64,000 bases of DNA from a plasmid: the sequence record NZ_CP017041.1. One strand, written 5' to 3'. Within the stretch, counting starts at the first letter, position 1. Each line of letters opens with the position of its first letter. Shown here piece after piece: positions 1-10,425 of this stretch. The notes beneath the pieces are model-generated. The model was not told the DNA's origin and searched no databases. It was given only the letters and a program-made list of their open reading frames with translations. A program made the translations under genes and the position numbers.

Positions 1-514
1 CCATTGGCGCTAATATCGCAGCGATAAAGAGCGCTACACTGACTCCTAATAGAAACTGCTCATAAATATTTCTATCAAGTATCATATTACCGAGAATAGG
101 ACCTACCGCCGCAGTGCAATTCGCGACAACTTGAATGACAGCGAAACCGCGGTTTTGGGAAGCTCTATCAGGAGTTGCTAGCGCTATAAAGCTTCGCACA
201 CCAGTACCATTAACACTGAACCCTAGGCCCGCAGCGCCCAGAGCAGCAATTATCGCATAGGGGTTTGCCGTAAGCGCCACAACAGCGTAAGAAACCGAGA
301 TCAGAGTAAGAGCAATTCTTACGCAACTTCGCACTGATAAACGGTGAAGTGGCGAAGCAAGAAATAGAGCACCACCACGAGTCATCAGTGTAAGCACGCT
401 TACCGACCCCGCGATGAGTCGTTCCTGCGTACTTCCAAATTTCAATGTAAGCAATAGAGGGAGGACCGGTAGCAACGCAAAGTAAGATGATTGGCTGAGA
501 ACTTGGTCTGCCAT
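1..514 (-). CDS. Membrane transporter (MFS-like), N-terminal part; gene continues beyond window start
   Basis: The minus-strand reading frame opens at an ATG near 514 (MADQVLSQSS...) and runs off position 1. It is hydrophobic and TM-rich with a G-x-x-x-R-G loop motif typical of MFS. It is absent from the ORF track because it is truncated by the window edge. Confidence 0.45.
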   Translation of the reverse strand, partial: MADQVLSQSSYFALLPVLPLLLTLKFGSTQERLIAGSVSVLTLMTRGGALFLASPLHRLSVRSCVRIALTLISVSYAVVALTANPYAIIAALGAAGLGFSVNGTGVRSFIALATPDRASQNRGFAVIQVVANCTAAVGPILGNMILDRNIYEQFLLGVSVALFIAAILAPM

Positions 515-1173
515 AATGAGGTTGAATACGCGCCCAGGAAGCCGAGACTTCGACGGTTTACTTCGTGTCCCTATTGTCTTCACTGGCACCCCTAAACTTC
601 AGTCCAATCAACAACTCTAACAGCTTTTTTAATCGCTTCATCACAAACTTTATCTTCCCGCACGAATCTTCGAGTTTAATGCTCATATTGGTATGACATA
701 TTCGATGCATAAAGATTTCTCTAGTGAATATTAGACATTATATCTATGCTCTTGGTTCATGCGAAGATTATCGGTCGTTCCAGACGTTGGCGAAGAGTGC
801 GAATAGTGGTGCTGTCTTCACTGGCTCCGATCATTCACATAGCTGATGGCCTGTCGGTCTATGACGCCAGAACACACCTCGACCGAGAGCTCAACCACGA
901 GCCGCTGTGGGAATAGTGAACACGGAACTCATATTAGCAGCGACCCAATCACGCATCTCAACATGTTTGTGAGTAGAGAAATTATTCATAATTAGGCGCA
1001 AATCCTTCCTAGAGTAAACAGAAAAATCCTTGATGGCAATATTGGACGTTGACAACTCCAGCCACGCGACTGACGACGATGTTTAAAGCTGCGAACAAGG
1101 TTATCGTAGCGTGCCGCATAATATAGTCATGGTGTGTGTTTCACTGCTCACCGTAAAATCTACTGCCACGCAA

Positions 1174-2481
1174 CTAATCTCTGCTTACAGGAGCGACACG
1201 CACTACGCAAGCATTAGCAGCGCGATCCAATAACTGAGTCACTGTATGCTCGTCATTACCACGGGCAACAATAGCAGCTACCCTTGCATGCGAACCATTT
1301 ACTGCATGTGCTACTTCTCCTGGGAAGCATTCCCAATACAAATCGATTTCTTCAGGGACACTGTCATAGAGCGAAACCTCTGATACCACTCCAGGCGAGG
1401 CTTCGATAAACTTTGAAGCAGCACACTGGGTTATCTCAGGCAAAGGATGGAGAGGAAGTCCACACAAAGAATCAATCAGATTTCCATAGTAGTCGATCCC
1501 TGGTCGCACAGCTGACACAAGATCCGGCGCAATAAAATCTCCACCTTGACGCACGTGAAATTCTCCCCATACAATTTTTTTCTCAGGTGTGACCCAAAAT
1601 TCAACATGCAGATTTCCACACTCAATTCCAAGCGCATTTACACAGCTTTGAAGCTGTTCTTCAAATTCAAGTTTGCTGGATATACTGTTCAGATCAGCTG
1701 GCTGGATATGACCAATTTCAACGAAATCTTCGTTGGTTGTTTTTGCTGTGGTTGTGTAGATGCATACCCGTCCATCTATAGCAATACCCTCAACTGAGTA
1801 CTCAATACCCGTGATAAACTCTTCTAAGCAGTAATTCCCCTCGAGAACGACAGCATCAAGTCCAGAAGTATCTTCAACATTTAAGATGTGTCTAACGCCA
1901 ACACTGCCCATTCCTATGGATGGCTTAACAATCCAGCCTCTTGGGCTATCGGTTGGTTTTTCAACGACAGCGCCTGATGCATCACTAAATTGTAGGCACC
2001 CATCAGAAGTCACTCCAACAATACGCAAGCTTTGTGGCTGATAGATACCAGCTTTTCGAAGCGCATCGCGGCACGCTGGTTTATCTTGGATACGTTCAAT
2101 ACAATCAGCAGTATTTCTAGCAACACCAATAGCTTCAGCTAAAAGACTATTCTGCAACTGATAATTTTCGCGCAGTGCCGTTGAAAGAGCTATCTTTCCA
2201 GGGCATCGGGTTTCAATTTCTGTCGCTATTTTAGCGATCTCATCAGCATCTAAGCTTCTCCTGTAGGGTCCGGATATTCTAATTAAACAATCGACAGAAA
2301 TCGGCGGAATTTTGTTCTTTAGTTCTTCCTCGAAATCTACGCCACATATCATTATGTGGCGCTTCTGGCACGCTTCATAGAAGCTTTTAAACCAATGCGT
2401 TGAGGCATGAGATCCAGATGTGGTGACACCTACCAAAACCGCCCATTTTCTTTCAGCCACTACGCTGTCACGAGAAAACAT
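1174..2481 (-). CDS. ATP-grasp family carboxylate-amine ligase
   Basis: 435 aa ORF. It has an ATP-grasp-like glycine-rich segment (GWIVKPSIGMGSVGV) and lies last in the NRPS operon. Confidence 0.75.
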   Translation of the reverse strand: MFSRDSVVAERKWAVLVGVTTSGSHASTHWFKSFYEACQKRHIMICGVDFEEELKNKIPPISVDCLIRISGPYRRSLDADEIAKIATEIETRCPGKIALSTALRENYQLQNSLLAEAIGVARNTADCIERIQDKPACRDALRKAGIYQPQSLRIVGVTSDGCLQFSDASGAVVEKPTDSPRGWIVKPSIGMGSVGVRHILNVEDTSGLDAVVLEGNYCLEEFITGIEYSVEGIAIDGRVCIYTTTAKTTNEDFVEIGHIQPADLNSISSKLEFEEQLQSCVNALGIECGNLHVEFWVTPEKKIVWGEFHVRQGGDFIAPDLVSAVRPGIDYYGNLIDSLCGLPLHPLPEITQCAASKFIEASPGVVSEVSLYDSVPEEIDLYWECFPGEVAHAVNGSHARVAAIVARGNDEHTVTQLLDRAANACVVRVAPVSRD

Positions 2482-3181
2482 TTAACCATTCCCTTCTTCC
2501 AAAACCTTCATGTGCATAATGCCCTCCGGTCACTTCGATCAATCTGTACGTCTCACTCGTAGCTTCACGCCATTGGACGGCCTCTTCGGAAGAAACAATC
2601 TTATCATCAATAGCGGAAACACAGGTTATAGGGACATGAATCTGCTTAAGTTGGTTACCACAACACGATTCCGCCAGTAAGAGATCATCGAGCGTAGGGC
2701 GAACAAACAGATCATCGGATTCATCGGAGTTCAGAATACTTTTAGGAGTCAATCCGTAGCTACGCATACGCTGCCGTGCACGTTCCAAGTTCCATCCCTC
2801 TCGCTCCCCCCTGTAACTCTTAGGACTTTGCCCACATAAGGCAACCAAACGAGTCGCGAAAATTCCGTCATTTTCTAAAATATTAGCAGCTACGAACGAC
2901 AACATCGCGCCAAAGCTAACCCCGGCGAGTATCAACGGCCCAGTCGGAATTTCGAAGGATGATCGAAACTTGCTGACGAACTCTCCCATGGTTCTGATGC
3001 CGGGTTCAAGTAATCGTTGACCCCTGCCAGGCGGGCAGTAACCCCAAACTGTAGTATCCCCCTCTAAGACAGACATCGATTGAAAGGCAGGAGCTCCGGC
3101 ACCCGTAGGAGGGAATATCAGGACTGTGGAGCAACAAGAGGTAGTTGCTGAACTAATACGCTGCCAAACTTCCGGATTCAA
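2468..3181 (-). CDS. Type II thioesterase (alpha/beta hydrolase)
   Basis: 237 aa ORF with the GxSxG nucleophile elbow (AGVSFGAMLSF). Its size and operon position are typical of editing TEII. Confidence 0.8.
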   Translation of the reverse strand: MNPEVWQRISSATTSCCSTVLIFPPTGAGAPAFQSMSVLEGDTTVWGYCPPGRGQRLLEPGIRTMGEFVSKFRSSFEIPTGPLILAGVSFGAMLSFVAANILENDGIFATRLVALCGQSPKSYRGEREGWNLERARQRMRSYGLTPKSILNSDESDDLFVRPTLDDLLLAESCCGNQLKQIHVPITCVSAIDDKIVSSEEAVQWREATSETYRLIEVTGGHYAHEGFGRREWLNVFS

Positions 3182-4917
3182 TGCTCACGCTCCTCAACAG
3201 GCATCAGCAAGCTGACCAAGCAGGAAATCGTTGGATTGGAATAGAAGTTCCGCAAGGGGACACGAACACCAAACTGTTTACCGATGGCGGTCAAAAGCTG
3301 AACAGCGCGCAACGAATTTCCACCTGCGGAGAAAAAATCACGATCTTCACCGTGGATCTTCTTTCCAAGGACCATATCCCAGATATTTTGCACTTGATCG
3401 TGAACACTGTTACGCTGCATTTGTCCTTGGGATATTCTGTCGTGATCGTAGAGTTCGCTCTGTGCTACCAATTTCAGGCACTCGCACCGATCTATTTTTC
3501 CCGTTCTTGATCTAGGAACATTCTGCGTAGTTACGATCTTGAGAGGAATCATATAGGAAGGTAGAAATTCGGCAAGACGAGAAGTCGTGACCTGAGACTC
3601 CCATTCGCGTGGAATCACGAGCGCCAAAAATCCACCACTGCCTTGGTGATAAACTGCACCACATTGTTTCGTGGAGTTAGCAACTCGAGCTGCAGCTCTT
3701 TCAACCTCTTCCAAGTGGATCTTGTGTCCAGCGATATTTACCGCATTATCGAGCCTGCCAACCAGTGAAAGGACACCATCCTTGATGATTCCCAGATCAC
3801 CAGTCCGTATTTCACGTTGTCCACTTCCAAGTGTAAAGAACGCATCGTCCCCTGGACTGAGTTGACCATTAACGATATATCCATCGGCCACTGGGGCACC
3901 CTGTACGCATATCTGTCCCTCTTCCCCAGATAACTTTTCGTTACCTTTCATGTCCCGAATTACAATTTTCGTAGCACAGATCGGCTCGCCAAGGGGGATA
4001 GGGTCCGGAATGCTACCTGACCGAGAAACCTCGAAACTTGTTGTGTTAGCCGACGTCTCAGTAGCTCCGTAAAGATTCACTACTCGCGCACGGGGCGCGA
4101 TCTCGAAGAATTGACGGACAACGCTTGCCATCAGCTGGTCTGCACTGCTGCACGCTAGACGGAGCTGAGGAAGAGTGCTCCCTTGCTCTGTGGCAATGTC
4201 ACACAAGCTGGCTAGTGCTGGAGGTGTCGTAAAAAGGTGGGTAGCACCACTAGACGCAAGTCGATCGAACATCACGTCAGGTCTGCTACGCTCGATATTA
4301 GTAATCAAAACACCAGTAACACCTGCCAGCAGAGTCCCCAACACTTCCCAAAATGAAGCAACAAATGAGAGTGGCTTCTGGACGACCACAAGATCGCTTG
4401 ACTCGTAAGGGTAGGCGTTCCACATCCACGTGATACGGTTCCGCACCGCATCCATTCCTACTTGGACGGCTTTCGGAACTCCTTCTGATCCAGATGTGAA
4501 ATATAAGAATTTTGATTTATCGCTCCAGGTCAAGGACCTGACATCACTTATCCAGTTCCCTGCAAAAATTGCTTCTTCCGCTGTTGAGTCGTCGATCAGA
4601 ACCGTTTTAGACCCAAGATTAATAATCATGTCCCGCTCTCGTGAAGCCGGAATATTCAACGGAATCCAAGCAATCTTGACAGGCAACGTCACAGCTGCTA
4701 TTACAAGGGCAACAGATTTGGCGGATAAATCGAGTCGAGCAGCAAAAGTAACGCCCTCACTTTGTTCTCGGTTGAACCACCTTCTCCACGCAAGGATATT
4801 TTTAACTAGCTGTTCCCATGAGCATTGCTCGCCGGCGGGACCGGTCAGACAGACATCACCTGGTTTCTGAATGACTATATTACGAAACCCCTCCAGCAAA
4901 TCATGTGACGGTTGCAT
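3178..4917 (-). CDS. NRPS adenylation-PCP didomain protein
   Basis: Core A-domain motifs are present: A3 (TSGSEGVPKAV), A5 (NLYGATETS), A7 (IRTGDLG), A8 (GRLDNAVNIAGHKIHLEEVE) and A10 (RTGKIDR). The PCP motif (FFSAGGNSL) follows at the C-terminus. Confidence 0.9.
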   Translation of the reverse strand: MQPSHDLLEGFRNIVIQKPGDVCLTGPAGEQCSWEQLVKNILAWRRWFNREQSEGVTFAARLDLSAKSVALVIAAVTLPVKIAWIPLNIPASRERDMIINLGSKTVLIDDSTAEEAIFAGNWISDVRSLTWSDKSKFLYFTSGSEGVPKAVQVGMDAVRNRITWMWNAYPYESSDLVVVQKPLSFVASFWEVLGTLLAGVTGVLITNIERSRPDVMFDRLASSGATHLFTTPPALASLCDIATEQGSTLPQLRLACSSADQLMASVVRQFFEIAPRARVVNLYGATETSANTTSFEVSRSGSIPDPIPLGEPICATKIVIRDMKGNEKLSGEEGQICVQGAPVADGYIVNGQLSPGDDAFFTLGSGQREIRTGDLGIIKDGVLSLVGRLDNAVNIAGHKIHLEEVERAAARVANSTKQCGAVYHQGSGGFLALVIPREWESQVTTSRLAEFLPSYMIPLKIVTTQNVPRSRTGKIDRCECLKLVAQSELYDHDRISQGQMQRNSVHDQVQNIWDMVLGKKIHGEDRDFFSAGGNSLRAVQLLTAIGKQFGVRVPLRNFYSNPTISCLVSLLMPVEEREH

Positions 4918-4939
4918 CTTTATCTCCCTTCATACTACA

Positions 4940-7900
4940 TCAATAGCTTTTGAGCATTGTTATCTGAGATGTATCACAATCATTAAGGGCAGTTTTTATG
5001 GCATTAGCGACAGTCGTCTTCCCCGAGAGCCAATCAGAGGTAAGGAACCACGCTGTAAGAGCCAGTACTTTATTAGCGCGTTCTGGTGTCACATACGCCA
5101 CTTTATAAGCAAGTTGCAAGGTATAATCTTCGCCGTGTCGCTGGATATAAAGAGACGCATCATATTTCGTAAACCCAGTATTCAATTCAGTTAAGTGAAG
5201 GCTTCGATCACCATCCCAAAACTCCAGAGACGGGTAAGTAAGCATATTCACCATCGTGCTAAACAATGGATCCTCGTTCGTGTGATCAGCGAACTCAGAA
5301 ACAACCTTGCTAAATACGCTGTCACCGAATGAGACAGCTTCAGTCACATTAGATATCATCGAACGTACTGTGTCACTAATTTTCTTTTCGACATCTATAC
5401 GAGTTCGTATTGCAATCATGTTAAGCATCAGAGTTGGGACGCCAATTTCATACTCATCGTTTCGCCCTGCTACTGGTGCACCGACAACAAAATCATGTTG
5501 GTCAGAGACCGCTGCCAACGCTAACGAATAAGCAGCCACGAATACTGCAAATGGGCTTGTACTCAATGCATGCGCAGTGGAACGGATCTCAGCAGTCGCT
5601 TCGTCATCTAGAGAGACCTCTATAACAGAAGCAGCGTAGGGATCACACGAACTATTTAATGTATCGCGCAATGGGAAACATGATTTCACTCCATCGAGTG
5701 ATTTTGACCAAAATTCTCGTGCTTCAGCGGATATCTCTTCAGGTTTCGACAGATGTTGGAAATATTCCAGAGCTGAAGTCATAGCTGTCTTGACTTCGAT
5801 CTCCTGATCGTCCATGTTACGACACTCAAAAAGAGAAATTAACTGTTCCATGAACTTCATTGCTCCCCAGCCATCGATAAGGATCTCGTTCATGGTCAAA
5901 ACGAACCAGGTAGAATATCCATTTATACGGATCTCGTCCACGGCGATAGCGGGACCTTCCTCCAGGTTAAAAGGGACTGCTGCTTTCATCCAACAGATCT
6001 CACGAGCCTCTTGCGCAGAGGCCACTTCGTGTATTGAGATTTCATCCATATCGATAGCAGAGATAGGAAACGTCTGTGTAAATCTCCCAGTTGAATCCAC
6101 TCCAAACTTCGCCATTAGCTGTGGATTCGCCCGTAATGCCTGGCCAAGAGCACGACGGATTCTATCGGTGTTCGACCCAGCGCATTCTAACAATATCTGA
6201 TAATTATAGTAAGGGCTTTCAGGCTCCAGTAGCCATTGAAAATAAATTCCTTGCTGAGCCGGATTCATATCACAAGTCAAAGGAATTTTGACGTCATCAA
6301 AGCGGGAAGGAGATCTTTTTGCAGAGGTCGATTTCTTCGGAGATATCTGTTGTGCTTGATATTCTTTTGCTAGAGAGCCTAACGTATATGAAGAAAGCAA
6401 ATCTCGTACTCTTACGTAAGATCCTCGTGAGCGGACAATATTGGCTAGCTGAATTGCTCGAAGAGAATCGCCTCCGGATTCGATGAATGTTAGTTCTGGA
6501 TTCACAGGAGTGCCAAGCACGTCCTGAACGAGAAGAATGAAAGAGTCCTGATTCTGTTCAACTCTACCGGGAATGGATCCCTCTCTTGACTCTTGAATTT
6601 CATTCAGTAACAGTTCCCCGGCACGGCGCTCTAATAACTTAATATCTACCTTGCCATTTGAAGTAGTGGGAATATCAGTAACCTCTATCCAACGGGATGG
6701 ACACATCACTCTAGGGAGACTGCTTTTCGCGCGATTATTAAGCATTTTGGGAGTAACTAAACAATCGGCGCGAGGAAGATAGAATGCGGCCAAGCTAGCG
6801 TCTCCTTGGCGAAGAAACTGGTGCGTCGTTTCTCGGAGCACCATTGCGCGACGTTCACGGACACGAGGGTGGAATTTAACCACTACAACGTCTTCAAGCT
6901 CTGGGATTTCTCGAAGGATACGGTTCTCGATTTCACCGGGCTCAATCCGTACTCCACTAATTTTTATCTGTCGATCAGCGCGGCCATCGTAAACCAGCTG
7001 ACCATCCGCTCGCTGGTGAACGAGATCTCCGGTGCGGTATATTCGGAATGGGTATCCATCAATCCTGGCAAATGCTTGAGCGGTTTTATCTGGGCTTCCG
7101 ATATAACCTAAACCCACACAAAGACCAGCAACAAAAAGCTCGCCTTGCGCTCCAGGAGAAACTGGACGCCAAGTACCTTCTGCGTACTCTAGGACGTATA
7201 AAGACGTATTAGGTATTGGAATTCCGATGGGAACTTCACCTGAGTTAAGCGATTCGCCATCCACGATCGCATGCGTTACATCATCAGAACATTCCGTAGG
7301 ACCATACGCATTAATCAACGGGACAAACGGAAATTTGTCTGCCCAGTCTCTAGCCAACCGAAGGGGTAATTCTTCACCAGTCACCAGAACATACTCAAGC
7401 CCAGAGAAAGACACGCTTGACCCAATTTCGTGAATAAGTTCACGAAATACTGTCGGAACTAGTTCAATGTGTGTTATATGTTTCTCTTCCAGTAAAGAAA
7501 AAAGCTCATGTGGATCCTGTGAAATACCGTTGGGGACGATACGTACTGCACCGCCTACCAGTAAAGCTGAACAAAATTGCCAAATGGATACATCAAAGGT
7601 GGTAGGTGCCGTCTGGGCCACAACTGAGTCAACACCAAGATGAAGGAGATGGGCTTTGCTATGCAAGTGATTCATCATGCCCATATGCGCGATTAGCGCA
7701 CCTTTCGGTTCACCTGTGCTACCCGAGGTGAAAAAGCAGTAGCTTGGAGCGTTGAAAGGATCATCCACACGCTCCAGAAATGTGACTCCTAATGGTGCCT
7801 TTGCTTCCGTTACGTGCGAGGTATTTTCAGTGAAAATGGCGACCGCGTTCGTGATTGTCTTAATATGTTTACGACGAGCCTCTGGCCACTGAGGATCAAT

Positions 7901-8236
7901 GGGTGTATAGATGGCACCTACGGCACTACAAGCTAGGATATCGACAAGACATTCGATACCGCGCGAGTGCTCTGAAATGACTACTCTTCCAAAGGCATGT
8001 TTCTTTTCCAAGAGATAGGCTCGATTGTTAACTCGATTCAATAACATTTCGTAGGTGATTTCTTCACCATGAATATCTATTACGGCAACGTGATGTGAAG
8101 TGATCTGGGCCCATTCAACTAAATACGAGTAGAGTGTGCGTTCTAAAGGCCAGTCGACGTTTTCCCCGACCAGTGCACTCCGGGTAGCGAGCAAGCTCAA
8201 CCCATTTTTTTCCAAACTTTTGGTAAGGTTTATCAC
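4940..8236 (-). CDS. NRPS A-PCP-C tridomain protein (C domain C-terminal, with degenerate HHxxxDG core)
   Basis: A domain motifs FTSGSTGEPKG, NAYGPTECS, YRTGDL, GRADRQIKISGVRIEPGEIE and NGKVD are followed by PCP (ESGGDSLRAIQL). A condensation domain follows, with a C1-like MNPAQQGIYFQ and a core reading MNEILIDGWG instead of HHxxxDG. Confidence 0.9.
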   Translation of the reverse strand: MINLTKSLEKNGLSLLATRSALVGENVDWPLERTLYSYLVEWAQITSHHVAVIDIHGEEITYEMLLNRVNNRAYLLEKKHAFGRVVISEHSRGIECLVDILACSAVGAIYTPIDPQWPEARRKHIKTITNAVAIFTENTSHVTEAKAPLGVTFLERVDDPFNAPSYCFFTSGSTGEPKGALIAHMGMMNHLHSKAHLLHLGVDSVVAQTAPTTFDVSIWQFCSALLVGGAVRIVPNGISQDPHELFSLLEEKHITHIELVPTVFRELIHEIGSSVSFSGLEYVLVTGEELPLRLARDWADKFPFVPLINAYGPTECSDDVTHAIVDGESLNSGEVPIGIPIPNTSLYVLEYAEGTWRPVSPGAQGELFVAGLCVGLGYIGSPDKTAQAFARIDGYPFRIYRTGDLVHQRADGQLVYDGRADRQIKISGVRIEPGEIENRILREIPELEDVVVVKFHPRVRERRAMVLRETTHQFLRQGDASLAAFYLPRADCLVTPKMLNNRAKSSLPRVMCPSRWIEVTDIPTTSNGKVDIKLLERRAGELLLNEIQESREGSIPGRVEQNQDSFILLVQDVLGTPVNPELTFIESGGDSLRAIQLANIVRSRGSYVRVRDLLSSYTLGSLAKEYQAQQISPKKSTSAKRSPSRFDDVKIPLTCDMNPAQQGIYFQWLLEPESPYYNYQILLECAGSNTDRIRRALGQALRANPQLMAKFGVDSTGRFTQTFPISAIDMDEISIHEVASAQEAREICWMKAAVPFNLEEGPAIAVDEIRINGYSTWFVLTMNEILIDGWGAMKFMEQLISLFECRNMDDQEIEVKTAMTSALEYFQHLSKPEEISAEAREFWSKSLDGVKSCFPLRDTLNSSCDPYAASVIEVSLDDEATAEIRSTAHALSTSPFAVFVAAYSLALAAVSDQHDFVVGAPVAGRNDEYEIGVPTLMLNMIAIRTRIDVEKKISDTVRSMISNVTEAVSFGDSVFSKVVSEFADHTNEDPLFSTMVNMLTYPSLEFWDGDRSLHLTELNTGFTKYDASLYIQRHGEDYTLQLAYKVAYVTPERANKVLALTAWFLTSDWLSGKTTVANAIKTALNDCDTSQITMLKSY

Positions 8237-8243
8237 TCTATAT

Positions 8244-9233
8244 TCACCGTTTCATGTCTCCGTGAAAGTCTGGAACACGTAATCCATCGCCGGATATTTG
8301 AACGTGCTCGTACAAGCTTTGAGCAACAGCAAGGTCCAAAATTCCTAAACCAAAAGGAGAGAATACGGTTGGATGATCAGGGTCAAGCTGCTTCTCAGAG
8401 CATATGAATTCCGCCAGTGTGCCTGTGATGAAATTTCGATTTCCGTTCAATTGTTCGAGGAGGTGGGGTGTAGTGTTTGCCTTCAGGCAATGTTCAACAT
8501 CATCAAACACGTTATTAGCCGTTCGAATGGTCTCAGGGTGTAAATCACGAAGCGAGATATTGAGAACGAGCTGGTTCGGTTGGAAACGTACACTCATCGG
8601 CACATAAGGAGTTCCGGCGCTGGTGGCTAATAGCACGAGATCACAGCCAAGAGCTTCTTCTAAACTGACTACCGAACACTCGGGGCCGTGGCGAGTGACT
8701 ATACGTGCGACTAATTCACTATTTAAATCGTGAATTTTCACTGGAACCGCTGTCGTGTATAGCGACTTAATAAAATGTAAAGTTGTCTGTGCGATAGGGC
8801 CACTGCCTACTACACCGATACTCGTAGGAGCACCGTGAAGAACTCGAACTGCAAGCGCAGCCGAGGCAGCTGTACGAGCCGCACTAATGCGGCTGGCCTC
8901 GATGAACGCATAAGCATAGCCGTTATCTGTGTTATTTAGCACGATGACTGCTGAAGCTCTTTGTAGCCCATGATCAACATTCTCAGGAAAGCTAGAAATC
9001 CATTTAATTCCCGACACACAGGTTTGATCATTGATATAAGATGGCAACGCTATGATACGATCTCGTGGAGCATCTGGAAACCGAAGAAAATAACTATCGG
9101 GACATACTGTATTTCCAGCGTGATGTGCTCGATAAACACGTTCAACAAGATCGATGAGAAACGACTCTCTGCCTTTTAAAAATGTTTCGACAAGCTTGGC
9201 GTCTATAATTAGCATTTCACCATATTTCGTCAT
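8244..9233 (-). CDS. sbnB: SbnB-like NAD-dependent dehydrogenase (ornithine cyclodeaminase/mu-crystallin family)
   Basis: 329 aa ORF with a Rossmann motif (GVVGSGPIAQ) in the OCD-family layout. It sits directly downstream of the SbnA-like gene, the canonical Dap-synthesis pair. Confidence 0.75.
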   Translation of the reverse strand: MTKYGEMLIIDAKLVETFLKGRESFLIDLVERVYRAHHAGNTVCPDSYFLRFPDAPRDRIIALPSYINDQTCVSGIKWISSFPENVDHGLQRASAVIVLNNTDNGYAYAFIEASRISAARTAASAALAVRVLHGAPTSIGVVGSGPIAQTTLHFIKSLYTTAVPVKIHDLNSELVARIVTRHGPECSVVSLEEALGCDLVLLATSAGTPYVPMSVRFQPNQLVLNISLRDLHPETIRTANNVFDDVEHCLKANTTPHLLEQLNGNRNFITGTLAEFICSEKQLDPDHPTVFSPFGLGILDLAVAQSLYEHVQISGDGLRVPDFHGDMKR

Positions 9234-10235
9234 TTAAATACCTTCCGTTTCTTTCACTTCGTGCGCAACAGGACGAATGGCATAATTAAATGCTGATTCC
9301 CCAAAGTTTTCCATAACCCAATCGTCGTTATATACTCCATCCAGATACCTTTCACCAAGATCCGGCGCAATAATGACAACGCGGCTTCCCTCGGGAATTT
9401 TATCTCGAAGAGCATCAAAAGCTGCTAGCACAGTGCCAGTCGATCCACCCGGTAAAAATCCTTCTACCTGCGCAATGCGTCGGCACTGTCTCACGGTATC
9501 GATTTCATCAATATAATACCGTTTTAGAGGAAATTTTTCGTCAAAGATTGGTGGCTTTACACTAGCGCCTAGACCAGGGATATATCGCCGCGAAGGAGCT
9601 CCTCCGAAAGTCACTGAACCAGTGCTATCAATAGCATAAACTTTGGTGCATGAACCACGCTTCATGACAGCCCTAGATACACCCATAAGCGTGCCAGTGG
9701 TACCAGCACCTACAAATAGGTAATCAGGATCTCCTAACTCTTCGACGATCGCTCTATATGTCTTTTTGGAATGAACCTCAGGATTGGCTACATTTTCGTA
9801 CTGGTTTGTCCATAAAGGCCCTCCTGGCATCTCTACTAATTCGCGAACTCTAGCAAGTCGCGTCCCAAGAAATCCGCCCGCTGCATCCAATGATTGAACA
9901 ACTTCCACTTCCGCGCCCAGTGCACGCATATGCGAAATCGACCTTGAATTTGCATTCAGATCTGTAACAATTGTTAATTTGTATCCTCGGCGCGCACATA
10001 CACCGGAAAGTGCTATGCCTAAACTCCCAGAAGAAGACTCTACGACCCAACCTCCTGGCTGAAGACCATGAAGCTTTTCTAAGCTATCGACGAGTGCAAT
10101 AGCCGTCTTGAGTTTTACGGAACCAGCAGTGTTTAAACCTTCTAATTTTGCGTAAACATCATGTTTAGGAAATGAATTTTTCAAGCGGACAAATTGAGAG
10201 TTTTCATCTAGTTCTTCAATAGATCCTGCAATCAT
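9234..10235 (-). CDS. sbnA: SbnA-like PLP-dependent synthase (cysteine synthase fold)
   Basis: 333 aa ORF with a PLP-lysine motif (KLEGLNTAGSVKLK) and glycine-rich loops (GAGTTGT, GGSTG). It is the first gene of the NRPS operon. Confidence 0.8.
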   Translation of the reverse strand: MIAGSIEELDENSQFVRLKNSFPKHDVYAKLEGLNTAGSVKLKTAIALVDSLEKLHGLQPGGWVVESSSGSLGIALSGVCARRGYKLTIVTDLNANSRSISHMRALGAEVEVVQSLDAAGGFLGTRLARVRELVEMPGGPLWTNQYENVANPEVHSKKTYRAIVEELGDPDYLFVGAGTTGTLMGVSRAVMKRGSCTKVYAIDSTGSVTFGGAPSRRYIPGLGASVKPPIFDEKFPLKRYYIDEIDTVRQCRRIAQVEGFLPGGSTGTVLAAFDALRDKIPEGSRVVIIAPDLGERYLDGVYNDDWVMENFGESAFNYAIRPVAHEVKETEGI

Positions 10236-10425
10236 TTATTTGCTCCTACTGCGCATGACATGACATCGGAAGTTTTCATAACATACAAGCAAATTATAAT
10301 GAGGAGTCTTGTACAGGCTATGGGCGTTATTAGAAGAGGTTTAGGCAAGAAGTTAAGGATCTTGATCATGTTGATCCTGCCTACGAATGGCGTTGATAGA
10401 ATGACAGAGACAACAACACATATGC
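10236..10425. promoter_or_regulatory. Divergent promoter region between NRPS operon (minus) and PPTase gene (plus)
   Basis: A 190-bp AT-rich intergenic region lies between two divergently oriented genes. No promoter motifs were computed. Confidence 0.3.

Noticed and set aside
1546-1797. 83-aa plus-strand ORF inside the ATP-grasp gene.
   Set aside because: It is antisense to a well-supported CDS, has no RBS or motif, and is typical of random ORFs in AT-moderate DNA.
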